The notes: generated by a model not told the origin, from the sequence alone. A DNA stretch of 64,000 nt from Mobula birostris (GCF_030028105.1 NC_092382.1:53891764-53955763), one strand, 5' to 3'. Shown: positions 49,821 through 64,000, numbered from the stretch's first letter. Program-made: numbers and translations.

Positions 49821-52800
49821 AACTTCCTGACTTTTGAAATCAATGCATCTTCAAATAAATGCAAGCATGCTATTTGCCTTCTTAACCATCCGTGTAGCCA
49901 ATCTGTTTAGCCACTTTCAGAGAGTGATGGGCCTAGATCTCTCTTTTCACTCCATCTCCCATCCAGAGTTTATTTAGTGATTCCCTGCCTCATCCATTTC
50001 CTCCCGCATCTCACACCACGCAATCAGCAATCACTGCATGAAAATGTTGCTGCTGTGCCCTTTTAAAATTTTCCCTCACATCCGAAATCTATTTCCCGAG
50101 TTATGTCCTCCCCTGACCTTAGGACAAGATTATTAACACTGACCTTATCTCTGACTGTCATAATTTTAAACAATTCTGTAGAGTGGCTGCTCTTTCCTCT
50201 ACGTTCCAAGTAGTGAAGACCCAACCTGGCCATCCCTCCTTGTAACACTTGCCTTTATACTGGGCATCATCTGCATAAACTTCTCTACAATCTTTCCAGT
50301 TTAACCACAACTTTCCTATAATAGAACGACAAAATCTGCACATAGCTCTTCAAGCACAGCCTCACTAAATGGACGTCCAAGAATCTGCTCCAGCATCCCA
50401 TCATAACTGACACCGGATCCCACTCAACCCCATACACTTGTCTTCTTTCCATATCACTTGATGACTTGGCCGATCAGGAAACTATAAACGTCCGCCTTAA
50501 ATATACTCACGGTCTTGGCCTTCAACGCAGTCTGTGGCAGAAATCCAAGGATTTACCACTCTGGGGGAAAGAAAATACTTCTAACCTCTGTCCTAAAAAG
50601 TAAACCCCTCAATTTTGAGGCTGTGCAACCTTGTTCTGGATAAGCCCACCATAGGAAACACCTCTCCATATCCACACTACTTAGTCCTTTCAACGTTCGA
50701 AATGTTTCGATGAGAAACCCCTGCATTCTTCCAAATTCCAGTGGGTACTGCCCAAAAGCTGCCAAACGGTCCTCATATGTTAACCACTTTATTCTCGGAA
50801 TCATCCTTGTGAATCTCCTCTAGACTCTTTCCAATTTCAACACATCCTTTCTGAATTATGGGGCCCAAAACTGTTGATAATAATCTAAGAGCAGCCTAAC
50901 TAGTCTTAGAAAGACTCAGTATTTTCTCCTCGCTTTTGTATTCTATTCCACTTGAAATAAATGCCAACTTTGCATTTGCCTTCCTTACAATGGACCTGTA
51001 AATTTAACCTTCCCGAAGTCTTACATGATAGCTCGCAAGACTGTCTGTACCTCTGATATTTGAACCTTCTCTTTTAGAGAATAGCCCGCACTATTGTACC
51101 TTCACTGACCTGGAACATCATGCATTTCCCAGTACTATATTGCTTCTGCCGATGTTCATGCCGTTCCTTCCAATTTGTCTACGTCCTGCTACAATCTCAT
51201 TAATTCCTCAGCACGACCTATCCCTCCATCTAGCTTCGTATCATGCGTAAACCTTGCCACAGGGCCAACAATTCCATTATACAAATTATTGGTTGAAAAT
51301 GTGAAAAGTAACCGTTGCAATACTGACCCCTGAGGAATATCACTCTTCAAAAGAAAGGACCCCTTTTTTCCCCACTCGCTGTCTCCTGCCTGTTCACCAT
51401 TCCTACATTCATACTAGTGCCTTACTTGTAAAGTCATAGGATGTTATCTTGTTAAATAGCCACAGGTTGGGCACCTTAACAAATGCCTTCTGAAAATCCA
51501 AGTAAAGGACATCACTTCTCCCTTGTGCACCCTGCTTTTTACTTTCTCAAAGTGCTCTAACAGTTCTGTCAGGTAAGATTTCCCTTCAGAGAAACCATGC
51601 TGACTTTGAATTGTTTTATCATTAGTCTCCAAGAAACCCGAAACCTTGTTCTTAATAATAAACTCCTACACTTTCCCAAACACTGCGGTCCGGTTAACTG
51701 TCCTATAATTTGCTTTGATTTGCCTTTCTACCTTCTTTAAGAGTGCACTAACATTTTCAGTCTTCCAGTTCTCCGGCATCATGCCATAATCAAGTGATTC
51801 TTGAAAGATCATGACCAATGCATCCGTTATGTCTTCAGCAATCTCCCTCAGGACTTCGGGAAGCAGTTAATCTGGTCCAGGTGACCAGATGTAACACCCC
51901 CAACCTTTGTGTCATCAGCATATTAGCTATCCAATCCCTCCACTTCATCATCAAAGTCCTTTATAAAAGCCACGAAGAGTAAGGGTCCCAGAAGAGATCC
52001 CTGTGGCACACCACTAGTAATCGACCGCCATGCACAATATCCCGTCTAAAACCTTCTGTGGGCAAGCCAATTCTAGATCCAAAAATCAATGTCCCCTTTG
52101 ATCCCATACTTCCTTACTTACTTAATAAGCCTTGTATCGGTTACCTTATCAAATGCCTTGCTAAAATCCATATACACTACATCTACGGCTCTACCTTCAT
52201 CAATGAGTTTAGTCACATCCACAAAAATTCCACTGGCTCGTAAAGCACGACCTGCCTTTCACAAAGCTATGCTGAATGGACATAATTATATTATGTCTCT
52301 CCAAATGTTCATAAATCCTGCCTCTCAGGATCTTTTCTAACAAGTCATCAACCACTGAAGTAAGATTCATTGGTCTATAATTTCCTTTTCTACCTCTACT
52401 CCCTTTCTCGAATAAGTGAACAACATACACAAAGCTCCAATCCTCCGGAACCTCTTCTATCCCCATTCATGATGCAAAGATCATCGCCGAAGGCTCAGAA
52501 TTCTCCTCCTTCGTCTCTAACTGTAGCCTGGGATACATCTCGTCCAAGCACGCTGACTTTAAAATGTTGTTGTTGTTTTGTTTTTTTTTCAAAAGCTCCA
52601 GCTCATCCTCGTTCTAAATATCAAAAGCTCAAGTTTTTTAGTCCGCTGTAAGTCATCGCCAAGCTCCTTTTCCGAATTGAATACTGAAGCAAAGTATTCA
52701 TTACGTACCCCTGCTTTCTCCTCCGGTTCCATACACACTTTCCCACTGTCTCACTTGATTGGTCCTATGTTCTTACATCTTATCCTATTGCTCTTCACAT

Positions 52801-53318
52801 ACTTGTAGAATGCCTTGGGGTTTTCCTTAATTCTGTTCGCCACGGCCTTCTCATGGCCCCTTCTGGCTCACCTAATTTCATTCTTAAGCTCCTTCCTGCT
52901 AGCCTTATAATCTTCTAGGTCTCTATCATTACCTTTATTTTTCAACTTTTTGTAAGCTCTTCTTTTCTTCGTGACTAAATATACAACTGCCTTTGTACAC
53001 CACGGTTCCTGTACCCTACCATCCTTTTCCTGTCGCATTGGAAGTTGTCTGCGGAGAACCCCACGCAAATAACCTCTGATCATTTTCCATATTTTTCCGT
53101 ACGTTTCCCTGACAACATCCGTTTCCAATTTTATGCTTCCAAGTTACTGCCTGATAACCTCATATTTCCCCTTATTCGAATTAAACATTTCCCTAACTTG
53201 TCTGCTTCTATCCTTCTCCAATGCTATGGTAAAGGATAGAGAATTGTGATCACTATCTCCAAAATGCTCTCCCACTGAAAGAACTAACACCTGAACAGGT
53301 TTATTTCTCAATACCAGA
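49821..53318 (-). mobile_element. Stack of decayed CR1 fragments from several subfamilies
   Basis: ORF pieces 50063-50343, 50553-50804, 51444-51632, 52209-52466 and 52868-53128 carry CR1 RT/EN motifs. Confidence 0.8.
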
Positions 53319-56300
53319 TCACAATCACAATCACAAGACAAAGGAGCAGAAGTAGGCCATTCGACCCATCGAGTCTGCTCCGCAGCTCCCCCATGAGCTA
53401 AACTATTCACCCATCTAATTTCAATTTCCGGGTTTTCCCCCATATCCCTTTATACCCTGACTAATTAGATACCTGTCAATCTCCTCCTGAAACACCCTTC
53501 AGGATCGGGCCTCCACAGCTGTATGTGGCAACGAATTCCACAAATCCACCACCCTCTGGTTAAAAAAAAATCTCCTCATCTCTGTTTTAACTGGGTACTC
53601 TCTAATTCTAAGACTATGGCCTCTTGTCCTGAACTCACCCACCAAGGGAAACAACCTTTCCACATCTACTCTGTCCAACCCTTTCAAGGTTCGAAATGTT
53701 TCTAAGAGATACCCTCTCATTCTTCTATACTCTCATGAATACAGTCCAAGAGCCGACAAACGGTCCTCATATATTAGCCCCTGCATTCCAGGAATCATCC
53801 TCGTACATCTTCTCTGAACTTTCTGCAACATCAGTACATCCTTTCTAAGATAGGAGCCCAAAACTGCACGCAGTATTCCAAATGAGGTCTCACTAATGCC
53901 CCATAGAACCTCATCAACACCTCCTTACCCTTATACACTATTTCTCTTGAAATGAATGCCAACATAGCATTCGCTTTCCTTACCACCGATCCAACTTGGT
54001 GGTTAACCTTTAGGGTATCCTGCAGGAGGACCCCCAAGTCCCTTTGCACATCCGATTTTTGAATTGTCTCCCCATCTAAATAATAAAGTGCCCGATTGTT
54101 TCTTCTTCCAAAATGTACAGCCGTACATTTGTCAACGTTGTATCTCATCTGACATTTCTTTGCCCACTCTCCTAAACTGACTAAGTCTCTCTGCAACCTT
54201 TCCGTTTCTTCAACATTTACTGCTCCTCCACCTGTCTTGGTGTCATCCGCAAATTTAGCCGCAAAACCATTTAATCCATAATCCAAATCATCATAAAAAG
54301 AAGCGGCCCCAACACTGACCCCTGCGGAACACCACTAGTAACTGGCAACCAATCAGAATAGGATCCCTTTATTCCCACCCTTTGCTTTCTGCCTATCAGC
54401 CAATGCTCCACCCATTTCAATATCTTTCCTATAATTCCATGGCCTCTCATCTTATTAAGCAGCCTCATATGCGGCACCTTATCGAAGACCTTTTGAAAAT
54501 CCAAATACACAACATCCACAGCCTGTCCCTTCTCAATCTTATTCGAGATTACTTCAAAAAATTCCAATAGGTTGGTGAGGCAGGACCTTCCCTTTATGAA
54601 ACCATGCTGGCTTCGGCCTATCTTGGCAAGAACGTCGAGGTATTTCATAACCTCGTTCTTCAGGATTGCCTCCAATGTCTTTCCAACTACCGATGTCAGA
54701 CTAATAGGTCTGTAATTTTCTTTTTGCTGCCTCCTTCCTTTCTTAAATAGCGGAACTACATTTGCGACCTTCCAGTCCTCCGGAACCATGCCAGAGTCTA
54801 TTGATTCCTTGAAGATCATTTCTAATGCTTCCACAATCTCCAAAGCCACCTCCTTCAGAACCGTTGGGTGCACCTCATCCGGACCGGTTGACTTATCTGC
54901 TTTTAGTCCACTTAGCTTCCCAAGCACTTTCTCTCTAGTAATCTTGACTGTACCTAATTCTATTCCCTGATACCTCTGGCTATCAGGTATATTGATCATG
55001 TCTTCCAGTGTGAAGACTGATGCAAAATACTCATTCAGTTCCTCTGCCATCTCTTTGTTATCCATTATAATTTCTCCAGCATCATTTTCAATGGGTCCCG
55101 TATCTACCCTTGTCACTCCTTTACTCTTCATATATTTAAAAAAAACTGTTAGTATCCTTTTTATGTTAATCGCCAACTCCCTTTCATAATTCATCTTTTC
55201 TTTCCTAATGACTTTCTTAGTTTCCTTCTGTAAGTTTTTCAAAGTCTTCCAGTCCTCATTTTTCCCACTAATTTTTGCTTCCTTGTACGCCGTTTCTTTT
55301 GCTTTTATTTTTGCCTTAACCTCTCTCGTTAGCCACATTTGTGCCATTTTTCCATTCATGCTTTTCTTTTTTCTTGGAATATATTTTTCCTGCATTTTCC
55401 TTATTTCTTGTAGGAATTTCATCCAATTCTGCTCTGCCGTCCCTCCATTTAGCTTACTTTTCCAATCGACTTGGGCCAGTTCCTCTCTCGTACCACTGTA
55501 ATTTCCCCTGTTCCACTGAAATATCGACACACCTGATACCAGCTTCTCCTTTTCAAATTTGAAACTGAACTCAATCATATTATGATCACTACTTCCAAGG
55601 GTTTCCTTTCCCTCCAGCTCCCTAATCGCCTCAGGTTCGTTACACAGCACCCAATCCAAAACAGCCGGTCCCCTGCTGGGCTTCTGGGCAAGTTGCTCCA
55701 AAAAGCCATCCTGTAGGCATTCTACAAACTCCCTCTCCTGAGATCTATTACTTTCCCACTTTCCCAATCCACTTTCATATTAAAATCTCCCATAATTATC
55801 TTGACATGTTCCTTCTGCACGCTTTTTCTATTTCCAGCTACAACTTGTAGTCCACATCCCGACTGCTGTTTGGAGGCCTGTATATAACTGCTATTAGTGT
55901 TTTTTACCCTTGCCATTTCTTAATTCTACCCATAAGGATTCTACCTCTTCTGATCCTATGTCCCTTCTTTCTATTGATTTGATATCGTTACTTACCATCA
56001 GGGCCACGCCACCCCCTTCACCTACCTTCCTAACTTTCCTGTACACTGTGTATCCTGGGAAATTCAGCTCCCAATCACATCCATCATTTAGCCATGACTC
56101 GGTGATGGCCACAATGTCATACCTTTTAACCTGCAGCTGTGCAGCAAGGTCATCCACTTTATTTCTAATGCTGTGTGCATTTAAGTACGGTACATTTAGA
56201 TCGGTACCTGTTGCCACTTGTGCTATATATCTATTTTGCAGCAAATTATCATGTCTATTCACCGGCCTGTCCTTCTTACCATCTTTGCGCACAGTATTTT

Positions 56301-56475
56301 TGACTTATTTCTATTTTCCTCTTCCTCGATCCTAACACCTTGGTTTCCTTCCTCTTGCCAACTTAGTTTAAACCCTCCCTAACAGCTATATTAAACAATC
56401 CCGCTAGGATATTAGTACCTTTTGAGTTCAGGTGTAATCCATCTCTTTTGTACAAGTCATACCTTCCCCGAAATA
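53319..56475 (-). mobile_element. CR1 LINE, near full-length ORF2 (APE endonuclease plus RT)
   Basis: 55894-56292 YLNAHSIRNK..IVAITESWL; 54271-55767 (498 aa) GSSDHN, NYRPISLTS, YLDFQKVFDKVPH, GVPQGSVLGPLLF; 53831-54286 FADDTK; (GTGATT)n tail at 53319-53336. Confidence 0.93.
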
Positions 56476-57837
56476 GATCCCAATGATTCAAGATTGGCTG
56501 ATTTGTCCTCAACCCCAATCTCTTTCCTCTCATAAACCGTTAGCTCCCTCACCAATCAAAAATTTTCACACCTTTTTCTTCCCTACACGCAATGACTTGG
56601 TGTCCACACCTTCTGCGGCAGCAAAATCGAGACCTCTTGAAAGTTAGCCTTCAAGTTAGCCTTCAGGGAATCTAGAACAAGAACTCATAAGTCTCTATGC
56701 ATCCATTGCTTCGTAATTTTCCCCCATTAGAAGCCTATCTACACCATAACCTTTCGTTGCAAAGTGCATATCCCGCACCTCTATACATTGCCTTCCACCT
56801 GTCACTTATTTGCCCACTCGGTCAAAGCAACCCGCTGCTGGCGACACTGCTTGTCTCTGCAGGTAGATCCTCTCCATCTGAATCACATCCGATATCTGAC
56901 TCTTCGTTATTGAAAAGCTCATCTGCCGGTCGTATCCTGGTTTATCTCTGTTTCCGAATATGCCGACAGATGATCTATCTCCCGGTATTTTGATATATTA
57001 CATAATGATCTCTTCCAGGGGCACAACAACCTTTTGATCGTTTCCCGTATTATCCTCTGATAAAGATGGCCGGGATCTGACTACATTCATGATGAACTCC
57101 TATAAATCATCCATTCTACAGTTGATAGCACAGTTCCCTCCAGTGAGCTCACAAACTATTTCGGTTTCACCAGTGAATGTAGATGAGATGTATTAATTTA
57201 ATATTTCTGTGGTTTTCTGTGATTCTACACATAGATCAGCCTTCACACTATCAGTGTCTATTCGACAAACACACCCGACACCCAGGCATGAAGTAACCCA
57301 TTAAACCCAAATATACAGTATACAAATATACAGTACTGTGCAGTTGCGACGAAGGCCCGTCACTAACTACGGACGGCACATGGGGCACTCGGTAAAACAC
57401 TCATCCCCAGCAGTAATAGTGACTGGGTCTGAACCAGAGCTGCTGCACGGAGCTGTCTCATACAGAGGCAGCAGCCACCTGCACAGGTGTGCTGATGGTG
57501 GAGGATACCAGCTTTAATTCGATAATTGAGTTAATTAGCTTTTGGTTGGTCTAGGGGAAGAGGCTTAGCAGTTATAAGCCTCAGGTTACCAAGGCTTTGG
57601 GGTTAGTTTTCTTTTGTGTATGGTCTGAGGGGGGCTCTCTCTCTATATATATATATTGATTCTTTTTCCGGTTTTAGTCTTGTTTTTTGGTAAATAAAAG
57701 CACCTCAATTTATTTTTGCGACTCAAACCATCTGGTTATTTTTGTGATAGCAGTGTAGCAAGGATACCCATTACCGCTATTTTTTAATGCTGTACAAAAG
57801 ACGTAGGCACATATATGGAGCAGGGATGCCTGAGATT

Positions 57838-59335
57838 ACATAGAAACATAGAATCCCTACAGCACAATACAGGCACTTAGGCCCACAAAGCTGTGCCGAT
57901 CATGTCCTTACCTTAGAGCTACCTAGGCTTACTCATTGCCCTCCATTTTTCTAAGCTCCATGAACCTATCCATGAGTTCCTTAAAAGACCCTATCGGTTC
58001 TGCCTCCAGCACTGGTGCCAGCAGCCCATTCCACGCACTCACCACACTCTGTGTAAAAAAGAAATTGCCACTGACATCTCCTCTGTACCTACTTCTAAGC
58101 ACCTTAAAATATGTCCTCGCGTGCTAGCTATTTCAGCCCTGGGGAAAAGCCTCTGACTATCCACACGATCAATGCTTGTCATTACCTTGTACAGTACACC
58201 TCTATCAGGTCACCTCTCATCCTCCGCCGGACCAAGGAGAAAAGGCCGTGTTCACTCAACCTATTCTCATAAGGCATGCTCCCCAATTCAGGCAACATCC
58301 TTGTAAATCTCTTCTACACGCTTCCTATGGTTTCCACGTCCTTCCTGTAGTAAGGCGACCAGAACTGAGCGCAGTTCTCCAAATAGGGTCTGAGCAGGGT
58401 CCTATATAGCTGCAACATTACCTCTCGGCTCTTAAACTCAATCCCACAGTTGATGAAGGCTAATGCACCGTATACCTTCTTAACCACAGCGTCAACCTGC
58501 GCAGCAGCTTTGAGTGTCCTGTGGAGTTGGACTCCAAGATCCCTCTGATTCTCCACACGGCCAAGAGTCTTACCATTAATGCTATATTCTGCCATCACAT
58601 TTGACCAGCCAAAATGAAAAACCTCACAGTTATCTGGGTTGAACTCCATTTGCCACTTCTCAGCTCAGTTTTCCATCCTATCAATATCCCGCTGTAACCT
58701 CTGACAGTCCTTCACACTATCTACAACACTCCTAAACTTTGTGCCATCAGTAGATCTACTAAACCATATCTCCACTTCCTCATCCAGGTCAGTATAAAAA
58801 TCACGAAGGATAGGGGTCCCAGAACAGATCCCTGAGGCACACCACTGGTGACCGACGTCCGTGTAGAATATGACCCGTTACAACCACTCTTTGCCTCCTG
58901 CGGGCAAGCCAGTTCTGGATGCACAAAGCAATGCCCCGCTGGATCCCATGCCTCCTTACTTTCCTAATAAGCTTTGCATGGGGTACCCTAACAAATGCCT
59001 TGCTGAAATCCATATACACTACATCTACTGTTCTTCCTTCATCAATGTGTTTAGTCACATCCTCAGAAAATTCGATCAGGCTCGTAAGGCACGACCTGCC
59101 CTTGACAAAGTTATGCTGAATATTCCTAATAATATTATGCCTCTCCAAATGTTCATAAATCCTACCTCTCAGGATCTTCTCCATCAACTTACCAACCACT
59201 GAATTAAGACTCACTGCTCTATAATATCCTCGGCTTTTTCTGCTCCCTTTCTTGAACAAGGGAACAACATCCGCAACCCTCCAATCCTCCAGAACCTCTC
59301 CCGTACTCATTCATGATGAAAAATCATCGCCAGAT
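57838..59335 (-). mobile_element. 5'-truncated CR1 LINE
   Basis: ORFs 58801-59310, 58721-58924 and 58314-58649 carry RT motifs; atagaaac tail. Confidence 0.9.
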
Positions 59336-59399
59336 ATTTGCATATTACGTTACTTGTCAACATGGAGAAGAGAGCGTCTTTGTAAATCTTCATTTCCAG

Positions 59400-59555
59400 T
59401 CTTTCCCTCTGCCTTTCGAGTCGTGATGAAGGGTCTCGGCCCGAAATTGCGGCGCCATATTCCTATCCATTGATGCTGCCTGACCTGCTGAGCTCCCTCA
59501 GCACAGTTGGTGTATCGCTCTAGATTTCTATCAACTGCTGTATATCCTGTGTCTT
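59400..59555 (+). repeat. Diverged PLE 3'UTR fragment with degenerate hammerhead
   Basis: agtc-GTGATGA-agggtctcggccc-GAAAT followed by gatgctgcctgacctgctg. Confidence 0.65.
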
Positions 59556-60239
59556 TGTAAATCCGTGGGGATCAAAGGATGTTGGATATGGGGAGTGTGG
59601 AGCCCCACTGGAGGGGTGTAGGACAGATAGCAGGAACGTAGTGCCAGGGGCGAGGGAGGGAGTGTTGCGGGTGCTGCCCAGCAATGGGATACCAGGCAAG
59701 GACATTTAATTGCAAACAATTTATTTATTGATCATTGCAGAATGCCTCTCTGGCTCTTTACATTCCGTCCCCTCTCGACCATGAATCCATTCTCCCTGCC
59801 CCCTTCCCACTCTTAGTCCACAATAGAGAAAATTAAGAATTGGTTTTCTTTTCGGCATCAGTACAGTGTGACACTTAAAACTACTGCAGTTCTGTGCGGA
59901 AGTCTTAGGCATGGTCACCATGCGTCCCACTAATGTACTCTCAGGACCCTTATACTCAACAAGGAACTGGTCTGATTCCAGCTGCCTGTATCTGGCACAT
60001 ATCTCTTCTCTTCCTCTGCTCATGCCCTTCATGACCATTGACAAAAGAGCTGGCCTAATCTTGTCTGCGTGGCCAATTACTCTAACATGGACATTCTGCC
60101 ACCAATGCCTTGTTAAATGCTGTACACTTTTCCGACGCCCTCTACTAACACATCATTTACCAGTTCCTTCTGTACTTTATCAAGAAATTCAACAAGTTGC
60201 CGCGTGGGAAGTTTGTCAACAAAATCCTTGTTATTCAAG

Positions 60240-61020
60240 ATGAGGTGGTAAATTGGAGTGGAGATTGAAATTGTGGGAGATGGTGGATAGTGCTATTGAA
60301 TGGTTGCCTCCCTGACTAGAGGCCCGTGTATAGTGGAGTGCCAGAGGGATCGGTGTTGGATGCATTGTTTGTTACCTATAGGAATGCTCTGGATGATAAT
60401 GTAATTAATTGGATCTGTAGATTTGCCGATGACACTAAGATTGGAGGTGTAGCCAACAGCCAGGAAGTCCATCAGAACTTTCAGCAGAATCTGTACTAGG
60501 TGGAAAAATCTGCTAAAAATAGCAGAAGTAAAATTAATGCAGGCAAATGTAGGGTATTGCACTTCGGTTCGACCAACTAAGGTAGGTCTCACACATTAGA
60601 AAGTAGGGCACTGAGGTGTGCAGTAAAGCGAAGTGATTTAGGATTACAGGTTCAGAATTAATCGAAAATTGCGGCATAGGTAGATAGGGTCGTAAGATAA
60701 GCTTTTGGCACACTGGCCTTCATAAATCATATTATTGAGTATAGGAGATGGGATGTTATACTGAAGTCATATTGCACATTGGCGTGGCCTAATTTGGAAT
60801 ATTGTGTGCAGTTTTGTTCACCTACCTACAGGAAACATGCAACTATGGTTAAAATAGTACAGTGAAATTTAAAAGGATTTTGGCGGGATTGGAGTACCTG
60901 GGTAAAACAGAAAGTTGGAATAGATTAGTTTTTTATTCCTTGGAAAGAATAAGATCTAAAGGAGATTTGATAGAGGTATACTAAATTGTGAGCGGTGTAG
61001 ATGGGGTAAATGGAATAGGG
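60240..61020 (+). mobile_element. Old CR1 RT fragment
   Basis: SGVPEGSVLD, FADDTKIGG and PNLEYCVQF remnants. Confidence 0.75.
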
Positions 61021-61699
61021 GAGTGGAGAGAGAGGTATCGATGAGGACGAGAGAGGGGATTAAAGAGAGGGAAGAGAATGGAGCGAGAGGGAGAGAGAAA
61101 TTATAGAGGGGTATGCAGCCGTTGAAAGAGGGGTGCAGGACAAGAGTTGGAGTGCGACAGGATAGTGTGAGGGGCTCGAGCAGGGAGCGAAAGCGAGGGA
61201 GACGTGCAAGAGTGTGCTAACGAAGCTTACCGAGTGGCAGAGTCGGGGATATGGTATGCAGATGGAGAACACAAGTGTGATGATTGTTTTAATCATCTTC
61301 TTCCTCTCCTGCCCTTCTCTTTTCACACTGAACCTTACCTAGACTCTGACTGCTCTCCCCTCTCCACTCGCCGTGCCCCAGGACAAGGATGGTGATGATC
61401 GACGCTGAGCAGTCCGAAGGCTTGGCCCTCAACACCAGTTTGTCCAGAAAGCCAGCCAGCTACTCATCTTCCCTTTGATGCGGCCTGGTTATGACACCTT
61501 TCCAGCTCTATAGCCTGTAAGGCTCAGTGCTCCATTCCATCCCGGGTGCCATTTTAAAACCACGCGTCACTTCTACCCTGCTAACCATTTTAAATTGGGA
61601 TATCAATCCTTTTCCGACTCCCATTTGTAATCAGGACACAATTCCTTCCCTGGTGATCATTTTCAATTAGTACGTCATTCCATCCCAGTCGGACATTTT

Positions 61700-62480
61700 A
61701 ACGTAGGTGCAAGTCAGTGAAGAGAATACTTCAGAATGAAAGCAGAAGTGTCATCGAAGGCCTGCTGTTGCCTTAGCAGACAAGTTGAAGGAGAATCCTA
61801 ACGGATGCTACAGGTATGTTCAGAGCAAAGGGATTTCAGGGTCAGAATGGGTTCTCTGGAATATCACAATGAGAGTATAGCCAATCCATATGTGGAGACA
61901 AAACGGATGAATATTTTTTGTACATCTGTATTTACTCAGCAAACAGAGACAGAGTCTATAGAAACACCGTTTTCACAGAATCTATACAGATTACAGAGAA
62001 GGATGTGTCTACTTTCCTCAGGCAAATTCCCTGGGCCTGGAGAGGTGTTCACTAGGACACTATGGGAGAAAGAAGTTGCCGGATCCCTAGCAGAGATGTT
62101 TAAATCATCCTTAGGCCAGAGGGCTGGATGATAGCCAATGCTGTTCAGCTGTTTAAGAGCGGCTTTAAAATAATCCAAGAAATTATAGGCCTCTGAGCTT
62201 GACATCAATAGAGAGAATGTTATTGGGAGGTATTCTAGCGGACCAGAAGTATGAGTGTTTGGATAGATAATGGCTGATTAAGGATACTCAGCAATTCTTC
62301 GTAAGTGGTAAGTCGTGTCAAGGAAGGTACCAGGAGTGTGGATGAGGGCACGGCAGTGGATGTTGTATACATGGATCTTAGCAAGGCATTTGACAAGGTC
62401 CTTCATGGAAGATTTGGTCTCTCGGCTTTGAAAATGAGGCCAGAAAGTGGTAAAAGATGGTTGCCTACCTGTTGGAGACC
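61700..62480 (+). mobile_element. Old CR1 RT fragment
   Basis: NYRPLSLTS and VDVVYMDLSKAFDKV. Confidence 0.7.
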
Positions 62481-62760
62481 TATGACCTCAGACAAAATCA
62501 ACAATTTAGATGTTGAGCATGGCTCGAATAATGTCCTCAGCTGCAAATTATACAATGTATTGTATGAACGGCGAAAGAGCCCAGGGCATGAATAAGCACG
62601 TCGAATCGCTATATTTTCGACGTTAGTGAGAGGGTTGGAGGAGGAGCAGGCCTGGCAGCGGAGTACTCCACCTCTCAGTTGTTTTAGATAAAGTGGATGG
62701 GGAAGCATTGAATGAGAAGAGGTGACGTTAATAGTTAAGAAAGCTGTCACAGTCCCGTTG

Positions 62761-63473
62761 TGTCATAACGGGGGCGCTGGGAGCAGACGCAAAAGCAAGA
62801 CACAGACACAGAAGTATCAGGAACAGGATTTGGTATGCAAAGAAAATGGGGGAAGTGGGGAAGAAACGACGCTGGACGAGACTAAGATACAGGACCTACT
62901 CTAGGACGAGACTAGGGAAACGGGATCAGGACAAGGAAAAAGGAACTTGGAACGTGGCTGGAACTCCGAGCAGGAGACTAGACAAGGACCCAGAACCTGG
63001 ATCTTGACTCGGGGTCGGACCCCGGAACTAGGCGAGGACATGACGTGGCTACAGAACAGGACGTGGAATTCCAGAACAGGACGTGGAACTCCTTCACAGG
63101 ACGAGGCACATGGACAGTACGAGAACTCAAAGCCTTGACTTGGACAGGACGAGGTTCCCAACTCAACGATAGACAGTTCCTTATATTGACACTGCAAAGC
63201 TCCGGTTACGCTCCGGTGGTAGAACTTAACAAGGTTGCCGGGCAAGGCTCCGAGCAAGGCTTCAGGCAGAACGTGAAAGGAAAGGGGAGGGAAGGGAACA
63301 GTCCAGCAACTGCAGCGGAACCTATGAGCTGTTTATGTAGCATGCCCAAAACCAGAATTATGTGCCTCAATTAAAGCACACAACAGGACAAGGGAAAACC
63401 GGATAACCCGGAATATGGATCGATGGAACGGACCGTGAAACTGAATACGGACTTCACAGACCGGACCATGAGA
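62761..63473 (-). mobile_element. Solo LTR (Gypsy-type) with internal tandem repeats
   Basis: Termini TGTCAT...ATGAGA (one mismatch from a perfect inverted repeat); flanks cgttg/ggttg (4/5 TSD); internal CAGAACAGGACGTGGAA(T/C)TCC twice. The strand is a guess. Confidence 0.65.
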
Positions 63474-64000
63474 GGTTGGGCTGGAAAACTAACCTAGTGA
63501 ACCGTCCTATGTGGAACGGAGTAACAAGAAAGGTATGTCCATGTTAAAGGGTCTTTGGCTTTGGAGAGATTGCGTTTGATGTTTATGTTACAGGTCATTA
63601 AGCTTATCTACAGTCCACAGTCCGAAGGAGTTAGAGAAATATATTTGAAGAGAGATCGAAGAGAATATCAGAAAACATAACTTAGTTATATAAGGTGATT
63701 TTAAACTTCCAAGTATTATTTCAGACTCTCACAGTATAAAAGGACAAGATGGAGTAGAGGTTGTCAAAAATCTTCTGGAAATTTCTCATAAAGAAGTCGA
63801 TAAATGTCCTGAACGATACCTGATCTGTATTTACAGAATGAGAGAGGGCAGGTGGCAGAAGTTCGTGCAGGGAAGATTTTGCATCTGGTCGTCCTAAGGA
63901 CATCAGTTTCAAAGTAAATAGGCAATTAAAAAATGCGGTTGTGCTTTGCGATGCTTAGGTTTTTTTCACTGTTGCTTCCCTTAGTGACCGAGCTATTCCC

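Noticed and set aside
54271-55767. Longest ORF in the window (498 aa) as a host gene
   Set aside because: It is the central part of a frameshifted CR1 ORF2.
57300-57780. Possible additional solo LTR
   Set aside because: It has TATA and AATAAA-like motifs, but no clear TG...CA termini or target-site duplication.
26927-59460. Active hammerheads at about 26.9, 35.3 and 59.4 kb (also 4.9 kb)
   Set aside because: Each has substitutions in the CUGANGA core or the cleavage triplet, so they are treated as decayed copies.
62901-63374. Repetitive ORFs and a CRISPR-like look
   Set aside because: These are degenerate tandem repeats inside a solo LTR, with no unique spacers, no cas genes, and a eukaryotic context.

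Overview
Repeat-dense eukaryotic genomic DNA, most likely from a cartilaginous fish (ray or shark); this is inferred from the CR1, Rex-Babar and Penelope landscape and the receptor family. Only two host genes can be supported. They are a head-to-head pair of two-exon GPR139/GPR142-like class A GPCRs: copy A on the minus strand (22661-24313) and copy B on the plus strand (38858-40552), about 85% identical over the exon-2 protein. They lie in an old inverted segmental duplication (about 17.8-25.1 kb versus 38.3-44.5 kb). Copy B splices to an intact 322-aa protein. Copy A, as assembled, has one extra base just after its splice acceptor that frameshifts it. The rest is mostly retroelements: a tandem Penelope-like element with an intact minimal hammerhead ribozyme in its pseudo-LTR, several short Penelope-derived pieces, two internally deleted Gypsy elements (one with a PNMA-type gag), a solo LTR, Rex-Babar LINE relics, and many nested CR1 LINEs. 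Two non-TE blocks (about 3-5.6 kb and 46-47 kb) carry promoter or splice-site signatures of possible unannotated transcripts. Boundaries of decayed TEs are approximate, and no searches were run.
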